Source: Bacteroidales bacterium
Lineage (GTDB): Bacteria; Bacteroidota; Bacteroidia; Bacteroidales; VadinHA17
Direction: 5' to 3'
Assembly: GCA_020201035.1 (NCBI GenBank)
Contig: JAIVHO010000038.1
Span: forward strand, 72,165 to 136,164
DNA length: 64,000 nucleotides
Shown: positions 1-9,093 of the stretch, piece by piece
Layout: every line of letters starts with the position of its first letter
Numbering within the stretch: position 1 is the stretch's first letter
Position numbers and translations under genes: made by a program
The notes under the pieces: generated by a model
Seen by the model: only the letters and a program-made list of their open reading frames with translations
The model's database searches: none
Told to the model about the DNA's origin: nothing

Positions 1-593
1 GAACGGGTAGTACGTGCAGTCGCTACTGCAATCTCTGCCAGCTGATTCTCATCCGGATCAGGGTGTACAGCACAATCAGCAAAAACCATAATACCATCTT
101 CACCAAATGATTTATCCGGATGGATCATAATAAATGCACCTGAAACCACTGATATCCCCGGTGCTGTTTTAACAAACTGAAAAGCCGGCCTCAGTACATC
201 TCCCGTTGAATTTGCCGCTCCTGCCACCTCACCGTCAGCATCTCCGTTCTTAATCATCATTACAGACAGATATAACGGATCAAGTATCAGTTTTGCAGCC
301 TCTTCACGGGTAAGCCCCTTGCTTTTTCTTATCTCAACCATCATATCTATATAGTGCTCCCTCTTTGGATTATCAACGGGATCAACAATTTGTGCCTTAC
401 TGATATTGGCTAATCCCTCATCGGCTGCCATCTTTTCTATTACGGCTTTATTGCCTATCAGGATAACAGATGCCAGATTGTCGGCAATAGCTTCATCTGC
501 TGCCCTGAGTGTTCTGGGCTCTGTTCCTTCAGGCAGTACGATACGCTTTTTAACAGATCTTGCATTTTGTTTGATCCTATTAATTAATTCCAT
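1..593 (-). CDS. pta: phosphate acetyltransferase, N-terminal part (3' end lies beyond the left edge of the window)
   Basis: Not in the ORF track because it runs off the edge. Reverse-strand translation from the ATG at 593-591 gives MELINRIKQNARSVKKRIVLPEGTEPRTLRAADEAIADNLASVILIGNKAVIEKMAADEGL...MMIKNGDADGEVAGAANSTGDVLRPAFQFVKT... This is the canonical PTA_PTB-family N-terminal half. Confidence 0.85.
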   Translation of the reverse strand, partial: MELINRIKQNARSVKKRIVLPEGTEPRTLRAADEAIADNLASVILIGNKAVIEKMAADEGLANISKAQIVDPVDNPKREHYIDMMVEIRKSKGLTREEAAKLILDPLYLSVMMIKNGDADGEVAGAANSTGDVLRPAFQFVKTAPGISVVSGAFIMIHPDKSFGEDGIMVFADCAVHPDPDENQLAEIAVATARTTR

Positions 594-766
594 TGTAAAT
601 CAAGTATTTAGTTTATCTGTTTTCAAGTCTTAAAACTAAGAAAAAAAGATCTTTCCATCAAGATCAAAAAACATGATTATTGTCAGGGAAGATGCTATGA
701 ATCAGTAATCATTTTAATTTTGCAGCAGTATCAGTATCTGATGATATTTTTAGCTAATTTTAAATA

Positions 767-3709
767 ATGAGTATAACTGAAACCAATCTCGAAAATCTTG
801 CGGGTCACCTGGAAGGAGAGTTAATGTGGGACAGGGTTGCCAAAGCCCTCTACTCTACAGACGCAAGTATGTACAGGGAATCTCCTGCGGCGGTTGCCAT
901 ACCCCGCCACCGGAAAGATCTGAAAAAACTTCTCGCCTTTGCCTCTGAACAGAATGTGCCACTGATTATGAGAGGAGCAGGCACATCATTGGCCGGACAG
1001 GTGGTGGGAAAGGGTATTGTTGTGGATATCTCAAAATATATGAACCGGATTATTGAAATTAATCCACGGGAGAGATGGATAAGGGTTGAACCGGGAGTAA
1101 TACTTGAAGATCTTAACAGGGCAGTGGCTGAGCACGGACTCTTTTTCGCACCTGAAACATCAACGGCAAACAGATGCACGATCGCAGGAATGGCCGGAAA
1201 TAACGCCTGTGGTCTCCATTCACTAAGATATGGATCAACCAGGGAACATACACTGGAAATTGAAGCGCTCCTTTCTGATGGTACAGAGGTTACCTTCACT
1301 GAGATGACCGGTGAGGAGATTGAAGAGATTAGCAGACAAAATACCCTGGAAGGGAAAATTTACAATTCAATTGTCTCAATACTGAGGAATCCTGGCAACA
1401 GGAGAGATATCATTAATGAGTACCCGGAGAGATCAGTAAAACGACGTAATACCGGTTATGCACTGGATTTGCTTCTTGACATGGATCCCTTTACACCGGG
1501 AGGCCCCCCGTTTAACCTCTCCAAAATGATAACCGGATCTGAGGGCACACTTGTTATTATTACCTCCCTTAAGCTAAACCTTATGCCCCTGCCGCCCAAA
1601 AGCAAGGCGCTGTGCTGTGTTCACCTTGAAAACAGAAATGAGGCCTTCAGAGCCAACCTTATTGCCCTTAAATATGATCCTGATGCCGTTGAGATGATGG
1701 ATGACAAGATTCTGCAGCTGACAAAGGACAATCTTGAGCAGAGCAGAAACAGATTCTTTGTGGAGGGTGATCCTGGGGCTTTGCTTATAGTAGAGTTTTG
1801 CAGGGATACAGAGGAGGAGATCAAAACTTTATGTGCATCAATGACAGATGAGCTCAGGCGGGAAGGCTATGGGTATGCTTTCCCTGTTATCAGAGGAAGC
1901 GATATAGCAAGGGTATGGAATCTGAGGAAGTCGGGACTCGGCGTGCTCAGCAATATGAAAGGTGATGCCAGGCCGGTGAGTCTTATTGAAGATACCACGG
2001 TTTCGGTCAACCTTCTGCCTGATTATATGAAGGATTTTGAGAGTATGCTTGCAACCTATGGCAAGGAGTGTGTATATCATGCACATATAGGAACAGGTGA
2101 ACTGCACCTGAGGCCCGTACTTAACCTGAAGGATACTGATGATGTTGCAATCTTCAGGAAGATGGCCACAGATACTGCACTGCTGGTAAAAAAGTACCGG
2201 GGATCACTCAGCGGGGAGCATGGTGACGGAAGACTGAGGGGGGAGTTTATACCCATTATGCTGGGGAAGAATGTATACTCCCTGCTGGAGGATGTTAAAA
2301 AAGTGTTTGACCCCCACTCAGTTCTGAATCCGGGTAAAATAACAGCCACACCACCGATGGATACCTTTTTGAGGTATACACCGGGGAAGAAAACAGCAGA
2401 TGTGGAAACAATTTTCGATTTCTCCGGTACTGGCGGTTTTATCAGGGCAATTGAGAAGTGCAACGGATCGGGCGACTGTCTCAAATCACACCTGTCGGGT
2501 GGTACCATGTGCCCCAGTTATATGGCCACCAGAGATGAAAAGAACAGCACCAGGGCCAGGGCAAATGCTTTGAGGGAGTTTATTGGCAACGGTAACGGCG
2601 CCGACTGGAACAGCAGGGAGATTTATGAAATTCTCGACCTCTGTCTATCCTGCAAGGGATGCAAAAGCGAATGTCCGTCCAGCGTGGATATTACCAGACT
2701 CAAGGCTGAATATATGCAACACTGGTATGACAAACATCACATCCCATTAAGAAGCTGGTTTATAGCCAATATTAGCTTTTTTAACAGGTTAGGTTCGATA
2801 TTCCCCCCTCTTTTTAATTTGTTCGTTACAAACAGGTATATCTCGGGAATGGTAAAGTACCTTCTCGGATTTGCACGACAGCGTAGAATACCGGTAATCT
2901 ACAGCCACACCCTCCGACGCTGGGCAAAAAAGAACCTTCCGGAAATTAATCCTGAGAAGCCACTTGGAGAACTGCTCTATTTTGCTGATGAGTTTACCAA
3001 CTACAACGACACGATGGTGGGAATAAAGGCCATTAAGCTGCTTACAGCACTTGGCTACAGGGTGATAATCCCTGACCATACCCTTAGCGGACGTGCTTAC
3101 TTCTCAAAAGGCCTTCTGAGGCGCGGAAAATCCCTTGCAGATAAAAACATATCACTTCTATCTAACCTGGTTACAAGGGAGAGGCCTCTTGTTGGCACTG
3201 AACCTTCTGCCATCCTCTCGTTTCGGGATGAGTATCCTGACCTGGCTGTAGCGGAACAGAAGGAGGCCGCCCTGACTCTGGCCTCCAACACCCTGCTGAT
3301 TGAGGAGTTTATCTGCCGGGAGCACAGGGAAGGAAAGATAACAGCCGACAGTTTTACGGATAAAAAACGGGAGATACTCCTGCATGGTCATTGCCAGCAG
3401 AAAGCAATCACCGGAGTCGCATCTACCATTGAGATGCTTTCTATACCTGCAAACTATACAATAAAGGAGATTAAATCAGGTTGCTGCGGCATGGCCGGAT
3501 CCTTCGGATATGAGAAGGAGCACTATGATCTCTCAATGAAGATAGGTGAACTGATTCTATTTCCTGAGGTACGCAGCGCCGGGAACGAGATCACGGTAGC
3601 TGCTCCGGGAACAAGCTGCAGGCATCAGATCATGGATGGTACGGGAAGGACGGCACTGCACCCTGCGGAGATACTTTTTGAAGCTCTTAAAAATCCGGCA
3701 GATAACTGA
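767..3709 (+). CDS. FAD-linked oxidase fused to Fe-S / cysteine-rich (CCG) domains; YdiJ-like D-2-hydroxyacid dehydrogenase
   Basis: 980-aa ORF. It has a GlcD-like FAD-binding N-terminus (RGAGTSLAGQ) and the HGDGRLRG motif of the oxidase C-domain. These are followed by a ferredoxin-like Cys cluster (CLSCKGCKSECP) and C-terminal Cys-rich repeats (GHCQQK, GCCGMAG), as in E. coli YdiJ. Confidence 0.8.
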   Translation: MSITETNLENLAGHLEGELMWDRVAKALYSTDASMYRESPAAVAIPRHRKDLKKLLAFASEQNVPLIMRGAGTSLAGQVVGKGIVVDISKYMNRIIEINPRERWIRVEPGVILEDLNRAVAEHGLFFAPETSTANRCTIAGMAGNNACGLHSLRYGSTREHTLEIEALLSDGTEVTFTEMTGEEIEEISRQNTLEGKIYNSIVSILRNPGNRRDIINEYPERSVKRRNTGYALDLLLDMDPFTPGGPPFNLSKMITGSEGTLVIITSLKLNLMPLPPKSKALCCVHLENRNEAFRANLIALKYDPDAVEMMDDKILQLTKDNLEQSRNRFFVEGDPGALLIVEFCRDTEEEIKTLCASMTDELRREGYGYAFPVIRGSDIARVWNLRKSGLGVLSNMKGDARPVSLIEDTTVSVNLLPDYMKDFESMLATYGKECVYHAHIGTGELHLRPVLNLKDTDDVAIFRKMATDTALLVKKYRGSLSGEHGDGRLRGEFIPIMLGKNVYSLLEDVKKVFDPHSVLNPGKITATPPMDTFLRYTPGKKTADVETIFDFSGTGGFIRAIEKCNGSGDCLKSHLSGGTMCPSYMATRDEKNSTRARANALREFIGNGNGADWNSREIYEILDLCLSCKGCKSECPSSVDITRLKAEYMQHWYDKHHIPLRSWFIANISFFNRLGSIFPPLFNLFVTNRYISGMVKYLLGFARQRRIPVIYSHTLRRWAKKNLPEINPEKPLGELLYFADEFTNYNDTMVGIKAIKLLTALGYRVIIPDHTLSGRAYFSKGLLRRGKSLADKNISLLSNLVTRERPLVGTEPSAILSFRDEYPDLAVAEQKEAALTLASNTLLIEEFICREHREGKITADSFTDKKREILLHGHCQQKAITGVASTIEMLSIPANYTIKEIKSGCCGMAGSFGYEKEHYDLSMKIGELILFPEVRSAGNEITVAAPGTSCRHQIMDGTGRTALHPAEILFEALKNPADN

Positions 3710-3719
3710 TTCTTTCCTG

Positions 3720-3745
3720 AAAACAGGGTAATGATGACCTGTTTT
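3720..3745. terminator. hairpin between convergent genes (possible bidirectional terminator)
   Basis: AAAACAGG (3720-3727) pairs with CCTGTTTT (3738-3745) around a 10-nt loop. It sits 11 nt after the stop of the 767-3709 gene and before the 3' end of the minus-strand 3814-4593 gene. Confidence 0.4.
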
Positions 3746-3813
3746 GCAAACCATTTTGAACCAGTAGCGGTATAAGAGCACTAAAAGGCAGAGGGCCTGC
3801 TCCTGTGCGGCAA

Positions 3814-4593
3814 CTATAGATCATGACCAAGTATGAAACTGTCCTGATCACGCCAGACGGGAAATTTTTCCCTGAACATTTTTAGCGCCTCAATATCTAT
3901 ATCACAGGTTACAATCCCCTCTACAGGCCCTGAAAGATGTTTGATCACTTCACCGCGTGGTGAAACCACCATTGAATCGCCCTGGTGAATATTACCATGA
4001 AGATCTTCCCCTACCCTGTTCACACCTGCCATATAGCATTGATTTTCAATTGCCCTTGCAACGATCAGACTCTTCCATACATTACTTCTGGCTGAAGGCC
4101 AGTTGGCCACGTTTATCATCAGGTCATACTCATTATGTCTGTTTCTGAACCAGACTGGAAAACGGAGATCATAACAGATCTGGAAGGAGATATTCACACC
4201 CATGAAAGAAACAATCAGATGACTGTTTCCCCTCCTGTAAACAAGCTCCTCTCCTCCCGGTGAAAAAAGATGGGCCTTATCATACCACCGGGGGTCACAT
4301 CCCTTTTCAAAAAAATAGAGCCGGTTATAGTACAGACCTTGATCCTCTGTAATAACAGACCCTGCAAGGGCATAACCGGTTTCATCAGAAAGTTTTTGTA
4401 AACGACTGACCGTAACACCGTCAACAGGTTCAGCAAGAGTAGCCGGCTGCATGGTAAATCCGGTTGTAAACATCTCCGGAAAAACCACCAGATCAGCTTC
4501 CGGTTTGTCTTTTAATAGCAAATTCTCTGCCCGTTCAAGATTCAGTATCTTGTTTTCCCAGGCAATATCCATCTGTACAAGAGCTATCCTCAT
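3814..4593 (-). CDS. carbon-nitrogen hydrolase (nitrilase superfamily, omega-amidase YafV-like)
   Basis: 259-aa ORF with the Glu-Lys-Cys triad contexts typical of the nitrilase superfamily (VVFPEMFTTGF, YDKAHLF, ICYDLRFP). Confidence 0.8.
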   Translation of the reverse strand: MRIALVQMDIAWENKILNLERAENLLLKDKPEADLVVFPEMFTTGFTMQPATLAEPVDGVTVSRLQKLSDETGYALAGSVITEDQGLYYNRLYFFEKGCDPRWYDKAHLFSPGGEELVYRRGNSHLIVSFMGVNISFQICYDLRFPVWFRNRHNEYDLMINVANWPSARSNVWKSLIVARAIENQCYMAGVNRVGEDLHGNIHQGDSMVVSPRGEVIKHLSGPVEGIVTCDIDIEALKMFREKFPVWRDQDSFILGHDL

Positions 4594-4604
4594 GGTTGAC
4601 TAAG

Positions 4605-4634
4605 AATAAAAAAACAGGCCTAAGAGCCTGTTTT
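4605..4634 (-). terminator. rho-independent terminator of the 4657-5799 gene
   Basis: AAAACAGGC (4611-4619) pairs with GCCTGTTTT (4626-4634) around a 6-nt loop. On the minus strand the hairpin is followed by a T-run. It lies 23 nt after the stop codon. Confidence 0.65.
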
Positions 4635-4656
4635 AAAGCAATCTAAAAAATCGTCC

Positions 4657-5799
4657 TTACTCAAGTGTGAGGTAATAATCGTTCAGAAGTCCGCTGAGCA
4701 AAGGCTTGTAATAGAGCCAGAAAAAACGTCTCGGATCATTTACCTCATCGCTGTAGAGCAGGCTTGACAAAAATCCCGGTTGCCCGAAACAGGCTGTCCA
4801 GGGTGCCATCTTGCCGGTAGCAAAATCACCGGCCATATAGATATAGTTACCCTCTCCCAGATTTCCTGATACAGCAGGAAAAACATTACTAAGAAAGTGC
4901 CTGTCCAGCAATTCCAGTCCCTCCGGAGTTGTCTCCAGCGAAAATGAGGATAAAACACTGTTCTCTTTGGCATCAATAATATCAAACGGTCCTCTGAAGG
5001 CCACCTTCTCGGGAACGCCATATTTCAGGGCAATATCACTGCTGGTTGTCACGTAGGGTATGGCTGATACCAGATGCGTTTCCTCCTCAAGAATAATAAC
5101 GTCATTCTCTCCTTTAAGAAGGACGATACCCGCATTTGTAAATGACCAGGGCGTCCGGTTTTTTTTCAGGTAGAGAACCGGCAGCCACTCAGGGACATCC
5201 AGTGAATCAAGTGATGGATAGTATTCACCTGACCAGCCTGTACTCTGCATGCCGAATTGCTCCTCCACCTTATACCTCTCATATGCATCTGTAGGGTATC
5301 CAAAGGAGTTATGTTCAAGAATTACAAGCTTGTTTAATTTTCTCATCTCGGCAAGAAGGAGGTAATCATTGTTATTCAGGCCTCCATAAAGCATTCTGGA
5401 TCTCCTGCTCCTGTTTATCCCTTCATACCAGTCATTGAAAAATACCCCATAGGTGTCAGCATAGTAAAGCATATCATTATTAGCCACAATCTCAGGAAGA
5501 TCTGACAGTCTGAAATCATTTCTCCTGAACTGCTTTGAACGTAAGGGCTTTATGGGAAAGAAACCATAATAATCTTTTCTTAGCAGGTACTTCCTGTTAC
5601 TATCCTTTACGAACCTGCCATTTGCAAGGACCCAGTTAAGTGCCCTGTGATGGTTCCTCTCTAATGAATGAACTGTCTTGTCAAGAATAACTATATTCAT
5701 CTGTTTCTTCTCCTTAAGAAACCATCCGGTAAAAGCTATTGCCGGCAGTATAAGGAGAATAACAAGAATAACAACTGTAAACAGGAGAGGTTTTTTCAT
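4657..5799 (-). CDS. hypothetical protein with N-terminal membrane anchor
   Basis: 380-aa ORF with one N-terminal hydrophobic helix (LLFTVVILVILLILPAIAFTGWF). I recognise no motif. The coding call rests on length, lack of overlap and its own terminator. Confidence 0.6.
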   Translation of the reverse strand: MKKPLLFTVVILVILLILPAIAFTGWFLKEKKQMNIVILDKTVHSLERNHHRALNWVLANGRFVKDSNRKYLLRKDYYGFFPIKPLRSKQFRRNDFRLSDLPEIVANNDMLYYADTYGVFFNDWYEGINRSRRSRMLYGGLNNNDYLLLAEMRKLNKLVILEHNSFGYPTDAYERYKVEEQFGMQSTGWSGEYYPSLDSLDVPEWLPVLYLKKNRTPWSFTNAGIVLLKGENDVIILEEETHLVSAIPYVTTSSDIALKYGVPEKVAFRGPFDIIDAKENSVLSSFSLETTPEGLELLDRHFLSNVFPAVSGNLGEGNYIYMAGDFATGKMAPWTACFGQPGFLSSLLYSDEVNDPRRFFWLYYKPLLSGLLNDYYLTLE

Positions 5800-5962
5800 A
5801 TGGACAGATATTTGAACCTATTCAAATAGTTATCTGGAATTTCGGTTTCAATGGATAAAAGTATTAATTTATTTCATTTAATGAAAAAAAAAGCATCTAA
5901 AATGATTGCATGCCGGAGTATTGGTAAATGCCGTGTTCATTAACATGACATACGATATCATC

Positions 5963-7675
5963 CTAAAACCCGGCAGCACAATCATCCCCTCTTTTATCGG
6001 CTCCTCCCTCAAGCATTCCCTGCTCTGTAACTCTTATCCCCTCAACCCTTCCGATTGAGCTTCTTCGTTTAATGGTATGCCCCATCATTTCCAGCCTTCT
6101 TTCCACTTCAGGAGAAAAAGCATCCTCTTCAGCTGCAATTTCATCAGGTAGCCACTGGTGATGGAACCGTGGAGCATCCACAGCCTCCTTAATGGTCATA
6201 CCAAATGCTGTAACATTGAGTATAGTCTGAAAAACAGATGTTATAATTGTTGACCCTCCGGGAGAACCTACAACCATATATAGACTACTGTTTTTCTCCA
6301 CTATGGTTGGAGTCATGGAGCTAAGCATTCTTTTTCCGGGTGCGACCGAGTTTGCCTCCCCTCCCACCAGTCCGTAGATATTGGGATAACCCGGTTTGAC
6401 TGAAAAATCATCCATCTCATTATTTAGCAGAAATCCCGCACCTGAAACCACAATTCCCGAACCATAACTGCTGTTCAGCGTTGTTGTTGCTGAAACGCTG
6501 TTACCATGGCTGTCAACAACTGAATAGTGTGTTGTCTCCTCACTCTCATAAGGGCTTAAATCGCCAGGGTCTATGGCTTCAGAGGGGGTTGCCATTTCAT
6601 CATCAAACAAGAACATTCTGCCGGTCAGGTAATCTTTACTGGTCAGAATGTCTACCGGTATTTCCACAAAATCGGGATCACCAAGATATTCGGCCCTGTC
6701 GGCATACACCCTCCTCTCAGCTTCAACCATCAGGTGCACTGAGGGTACCGAATGAAAGCCCCACTCCTTAACAGGAAAATCCTCAATCATTCCAAACAGC
6801 TGCAAAAGTGCTATTCCTCCGCTTGACGGAGGAGCCATTGAAATAATATCATACTCCCCATAGCTGCCCCTTACAGGATCTCTCCAGACAGCCCTGTACT
6901 CACTCAGGTCATCAAGGGTGATAATACCCCCGCCTATTGACATCTCATTAACTATCATACCGGCAACGGGGCCCGAATAGAATCCGTCAGCTCCATTATC
7001 CCTTATCAGCTTAAGGGTTTCTGCCAGATCCGTCTGAACAAGAGTATCTCCCTCCTTCCATTGGCCATCTCTTCTTACAAAGGCTACAGCAGAGCGGTTT
7101 CTCTCTCTAAAGGTTTTATTCATCCTGTTAAGTGATTCTGCCTGAGCTGCAGTAACCGGGAAACCGTCAGCAGCAAGGTCTATAGCCGGCTGTACAAGTT
7201 CTTCAAATGAGAGTGAGCCATATCTGGTATGTGCCTCAGCCATGCCGGCAACTGTACCGGGAACACCGGAAGCCAGATGCGACCGGGTGGATAATCCCGG
7301 AACAACATTTTCTTCGCCGTCCAGAAAGAGGTCTCTGTGTGCTTTACCAGGTGCCTTCTCACGGTAATCAAGTCCGGCCGCCTGACCATCGTTCAGCCTG
7401 ACAACCATTAATCCTCCTCCTCCAATATTTCCTGCAGCAGGATAACATACTGACAGTGCAAACTCGGTGGCTATAGCCGCATCAACAGCATTTCCGCCTT
7501 TCTTAAGTATACCGGCACCCGCCAGCGAAGCCTGGGGATGTGCAGACACCACAATGGCGCTCTGAACTAAAATAGATTTACCGGTAATAATTTCCTTCTC
7601 TGCTTCCCCTGAACAACCTGCCAAAAGGGGGATCAATAATACAATGGCGGAAGAAATATACAATATTCTATTCAT
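5963..7675 (-). CDS. ggt: gamma-glutamyltransferase (lipoprotein signal)
   Basis: 570-aa ORF. It has a lipobox LLAGC, the GGGG oxyanion region, the autoprocessing/catalytic Thr context (ETTHYSVVD) and the C-terminal GGADKRGD motif typical of GGT. Confidence 0.9.
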   Translation of the reverse strand: MNRILYISSAIVLLIPLLAGCSGEAEKEIITGKSILVQSAIVVSAHPQASLAGAGILKKGGNAVDAAIATEFALSVCYPAAGNIGGGGLMVVRLNDGQAAGLDYREKAPGKAHRDLFLDGEENVVPGLSTRSHLASGVPGTVAGMAEAHTRYGSLSFEELVQPAIDLAADGFPVTAAQAESLNRMNKTFRERNRSAVAFVRRDGQWKEGDTLVQTDLAETLKLIRDNGADGFYSGPVAGMIVNEMSIGGGIITLDDLSEYRAVWRDPVRGSYGEYDIISMAPPSSGGIALLQLFGMIEDFPVKEWGFHSVPSVHLMVEAERRVYADRAEYLGDPDFVEIPVDILTSKDYLTGRMFLFDDEMATPSEAIDPGDLSPYESEETTHYSVVDSHGNSVSATTTLNSSYGSGIVVSGAGFLLNNEMDDFSVKPGYPNIYGLVGGEANSVAPGKRMLSSMTPTIVEKNSSLYMVVGSPGGSTIITSVFQTILNVTAFGMTIKEAVDAPRFHHQWLPDEIAAEEDAFSPEVERRLEMMGHTIKRRSSIGRVEGIRVTEQGMLEGGADKRGDDCAAGF

Positions 7676-7704
7676 CTGTTAATTTTTAAGAGGATTTGTT
7701 TCTA

Positions 7705-8409
7705 TTATCCCAGTTCACATAATATATCAATAAGATCAGGAGCAAGAATTTTAATCCTCCTTCCCTCCATCTCTATCAGCTTGTCGTTGCGAAACTCATT
7801 AAGAGTTCTTATAAGACTCTCTTTTGTTGTTCCGATAAGCTCTGCAAGCTCCTGTCGGGTCAGTGGAACAGTAAAATCATCCGAATTGTAAACATCTTCT
7901 GAAAAATATCTTATCAGATCAGCAACCCTTCCCGGAAGCTGCTTAACAGAAAGGCTTACCAGTTTATCAGAGATTTCAATTATATCTCTGCTCACCCGTT
8001 TAAACAGCTCCCCTGCAAATCTCCCGTTTTCAGCTATCAGTGATATAATGGCATCACTCCTTATCATCAAAGCTTCAGTTGACTCAACCGCAGAGGCAGA
8101 AAAACGATACTCACCCTGATCAATGGCACAGGGTAATGCAACAAACTGACCCGGTCCGGCAAGAGTGATGCAAACGACCCTGCTGCTCCGGCCCGATCGG
8201 TATATTTTTACCATTCCGCTTGTCACGTAAGCAACATGATCAGCAGGCATAAGTTGCCTGAAAATGATATCATGACGTGAAAAATTCATTACGGTTACGG
8301 ATTTCAATATTGAGGCTCTCTCTTCTGTAGAGAGGAGCCGGAAAATACCTTCTTCCGGTATAACGGGAACATTTCCCTTAATTAAATCCCTGTAATTCCT
8401 TTTTGACAT
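7705..8409 (-). CDS. Crp/Fnr family transcriptional regulator
   Basis: 234 aa with a cNMP-binding-like beta-roll N-domain and a C-terminal HTH (LTRQELAELIGTTKESLIRTLNEF). Confidence 0.85.
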   Translation of the reverse strand: MSKRNYRDLIKGNVPVIPEEGIFRLLSTEERASILKSVTVMNFSRHDIIFRQLMPADHVAYVTSGMVKIYRSGRSSRVVCITLAGPGQFVALPCAIDQGEYRFSASAVESTEALMIRSDAIISLIAENGRFAGELFKRVSRDIIEISDKLVSLSVKQLPGRVADLIRYFSEDVYNSDDFTVPLTRQELAELIGTTKESLIRTLNEFRNDKLIEMEGRRIKILAPDLIDILCELG

Positions 8410-8599
8410 ATCACATTTAAAACCTGCTGCTGGTAAAACCCTTCTCCTTTCTACCTATTCTTCGGGGTAAAGGACAAAAATATAATTTTTGCTGACAGAT
8501 TGATCTATATCACCACAAAATGATGATATTTATGGTTTATTAACATATTTTAATTCTTGACCCATTTTCTGAACTTTACATAATATAACTTAATACGGA

Positions 8600-8974
8600 A
8601 TGGATAAAAAACTTATCCTGATAATAGATGATTCAAGCACAAATATTGTTCTGCTTGAGACGGTTCTTAGCAGGAATGGTTACGAGGTTGCTTCTGCAAG
8701 GGGTGCAATGGAAGGCATTGCAAAGATTAAAAAAAGAATTCCTGACCTGATCTATCTTGACCTGATAATGCCCGACGTTGACGGGCTCCGGTTTATGGAG
8801 ATAATACATGACAATATTGAGTGGCAGGATATTCCCGTAGTAATAATTTCAGCAATCAGTGACGGGGACATAAAAAAGAGAAGCCTGAAGATGGGTGTAA
8901 CCAGTTACATAACAAAACCGGTCAATATTGACCGGATAGTTCAGGTCACCCGTGAAATTGTTGAACAAGGGTAA
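8600..8974 (+). CDS. single-domain response regulator (CheY-like receiver)
   Basis: 124 aa with the receiver signature (IIDDS..., DLIYLDLIMPDVDG, ISA, K near the C-terminus). Confidence 0.85.
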   Translation: MDKKLILIIDDSSTNIVLLETVLSRNGYEVASARGAMEGIAKIKKRIPDLIYLDLIMPDVDGLRFMEIIHDNIEWQDIPVVIISAISDGDIKKRSLKMGVTSYITKPVNIDRIVQVTREIVEQG

Positions 8975-9093
8975 CAGGACCCGGAAAAATGATCAGCCGC
9001 TTAACATAAACTTAACATAAACTTAATCAGTGATTCAATTTCCATAAGTATTTTTGACCGGTAATCACAACCCAAAAAGAGATAATTACACTT

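Noticed and set aside
406-633. 75-aa plus-strand ORF at the left edge
   Set aside because: It is antisense to the clearly recognisable pta N-terminal coding sequence (1-593, minus strand).
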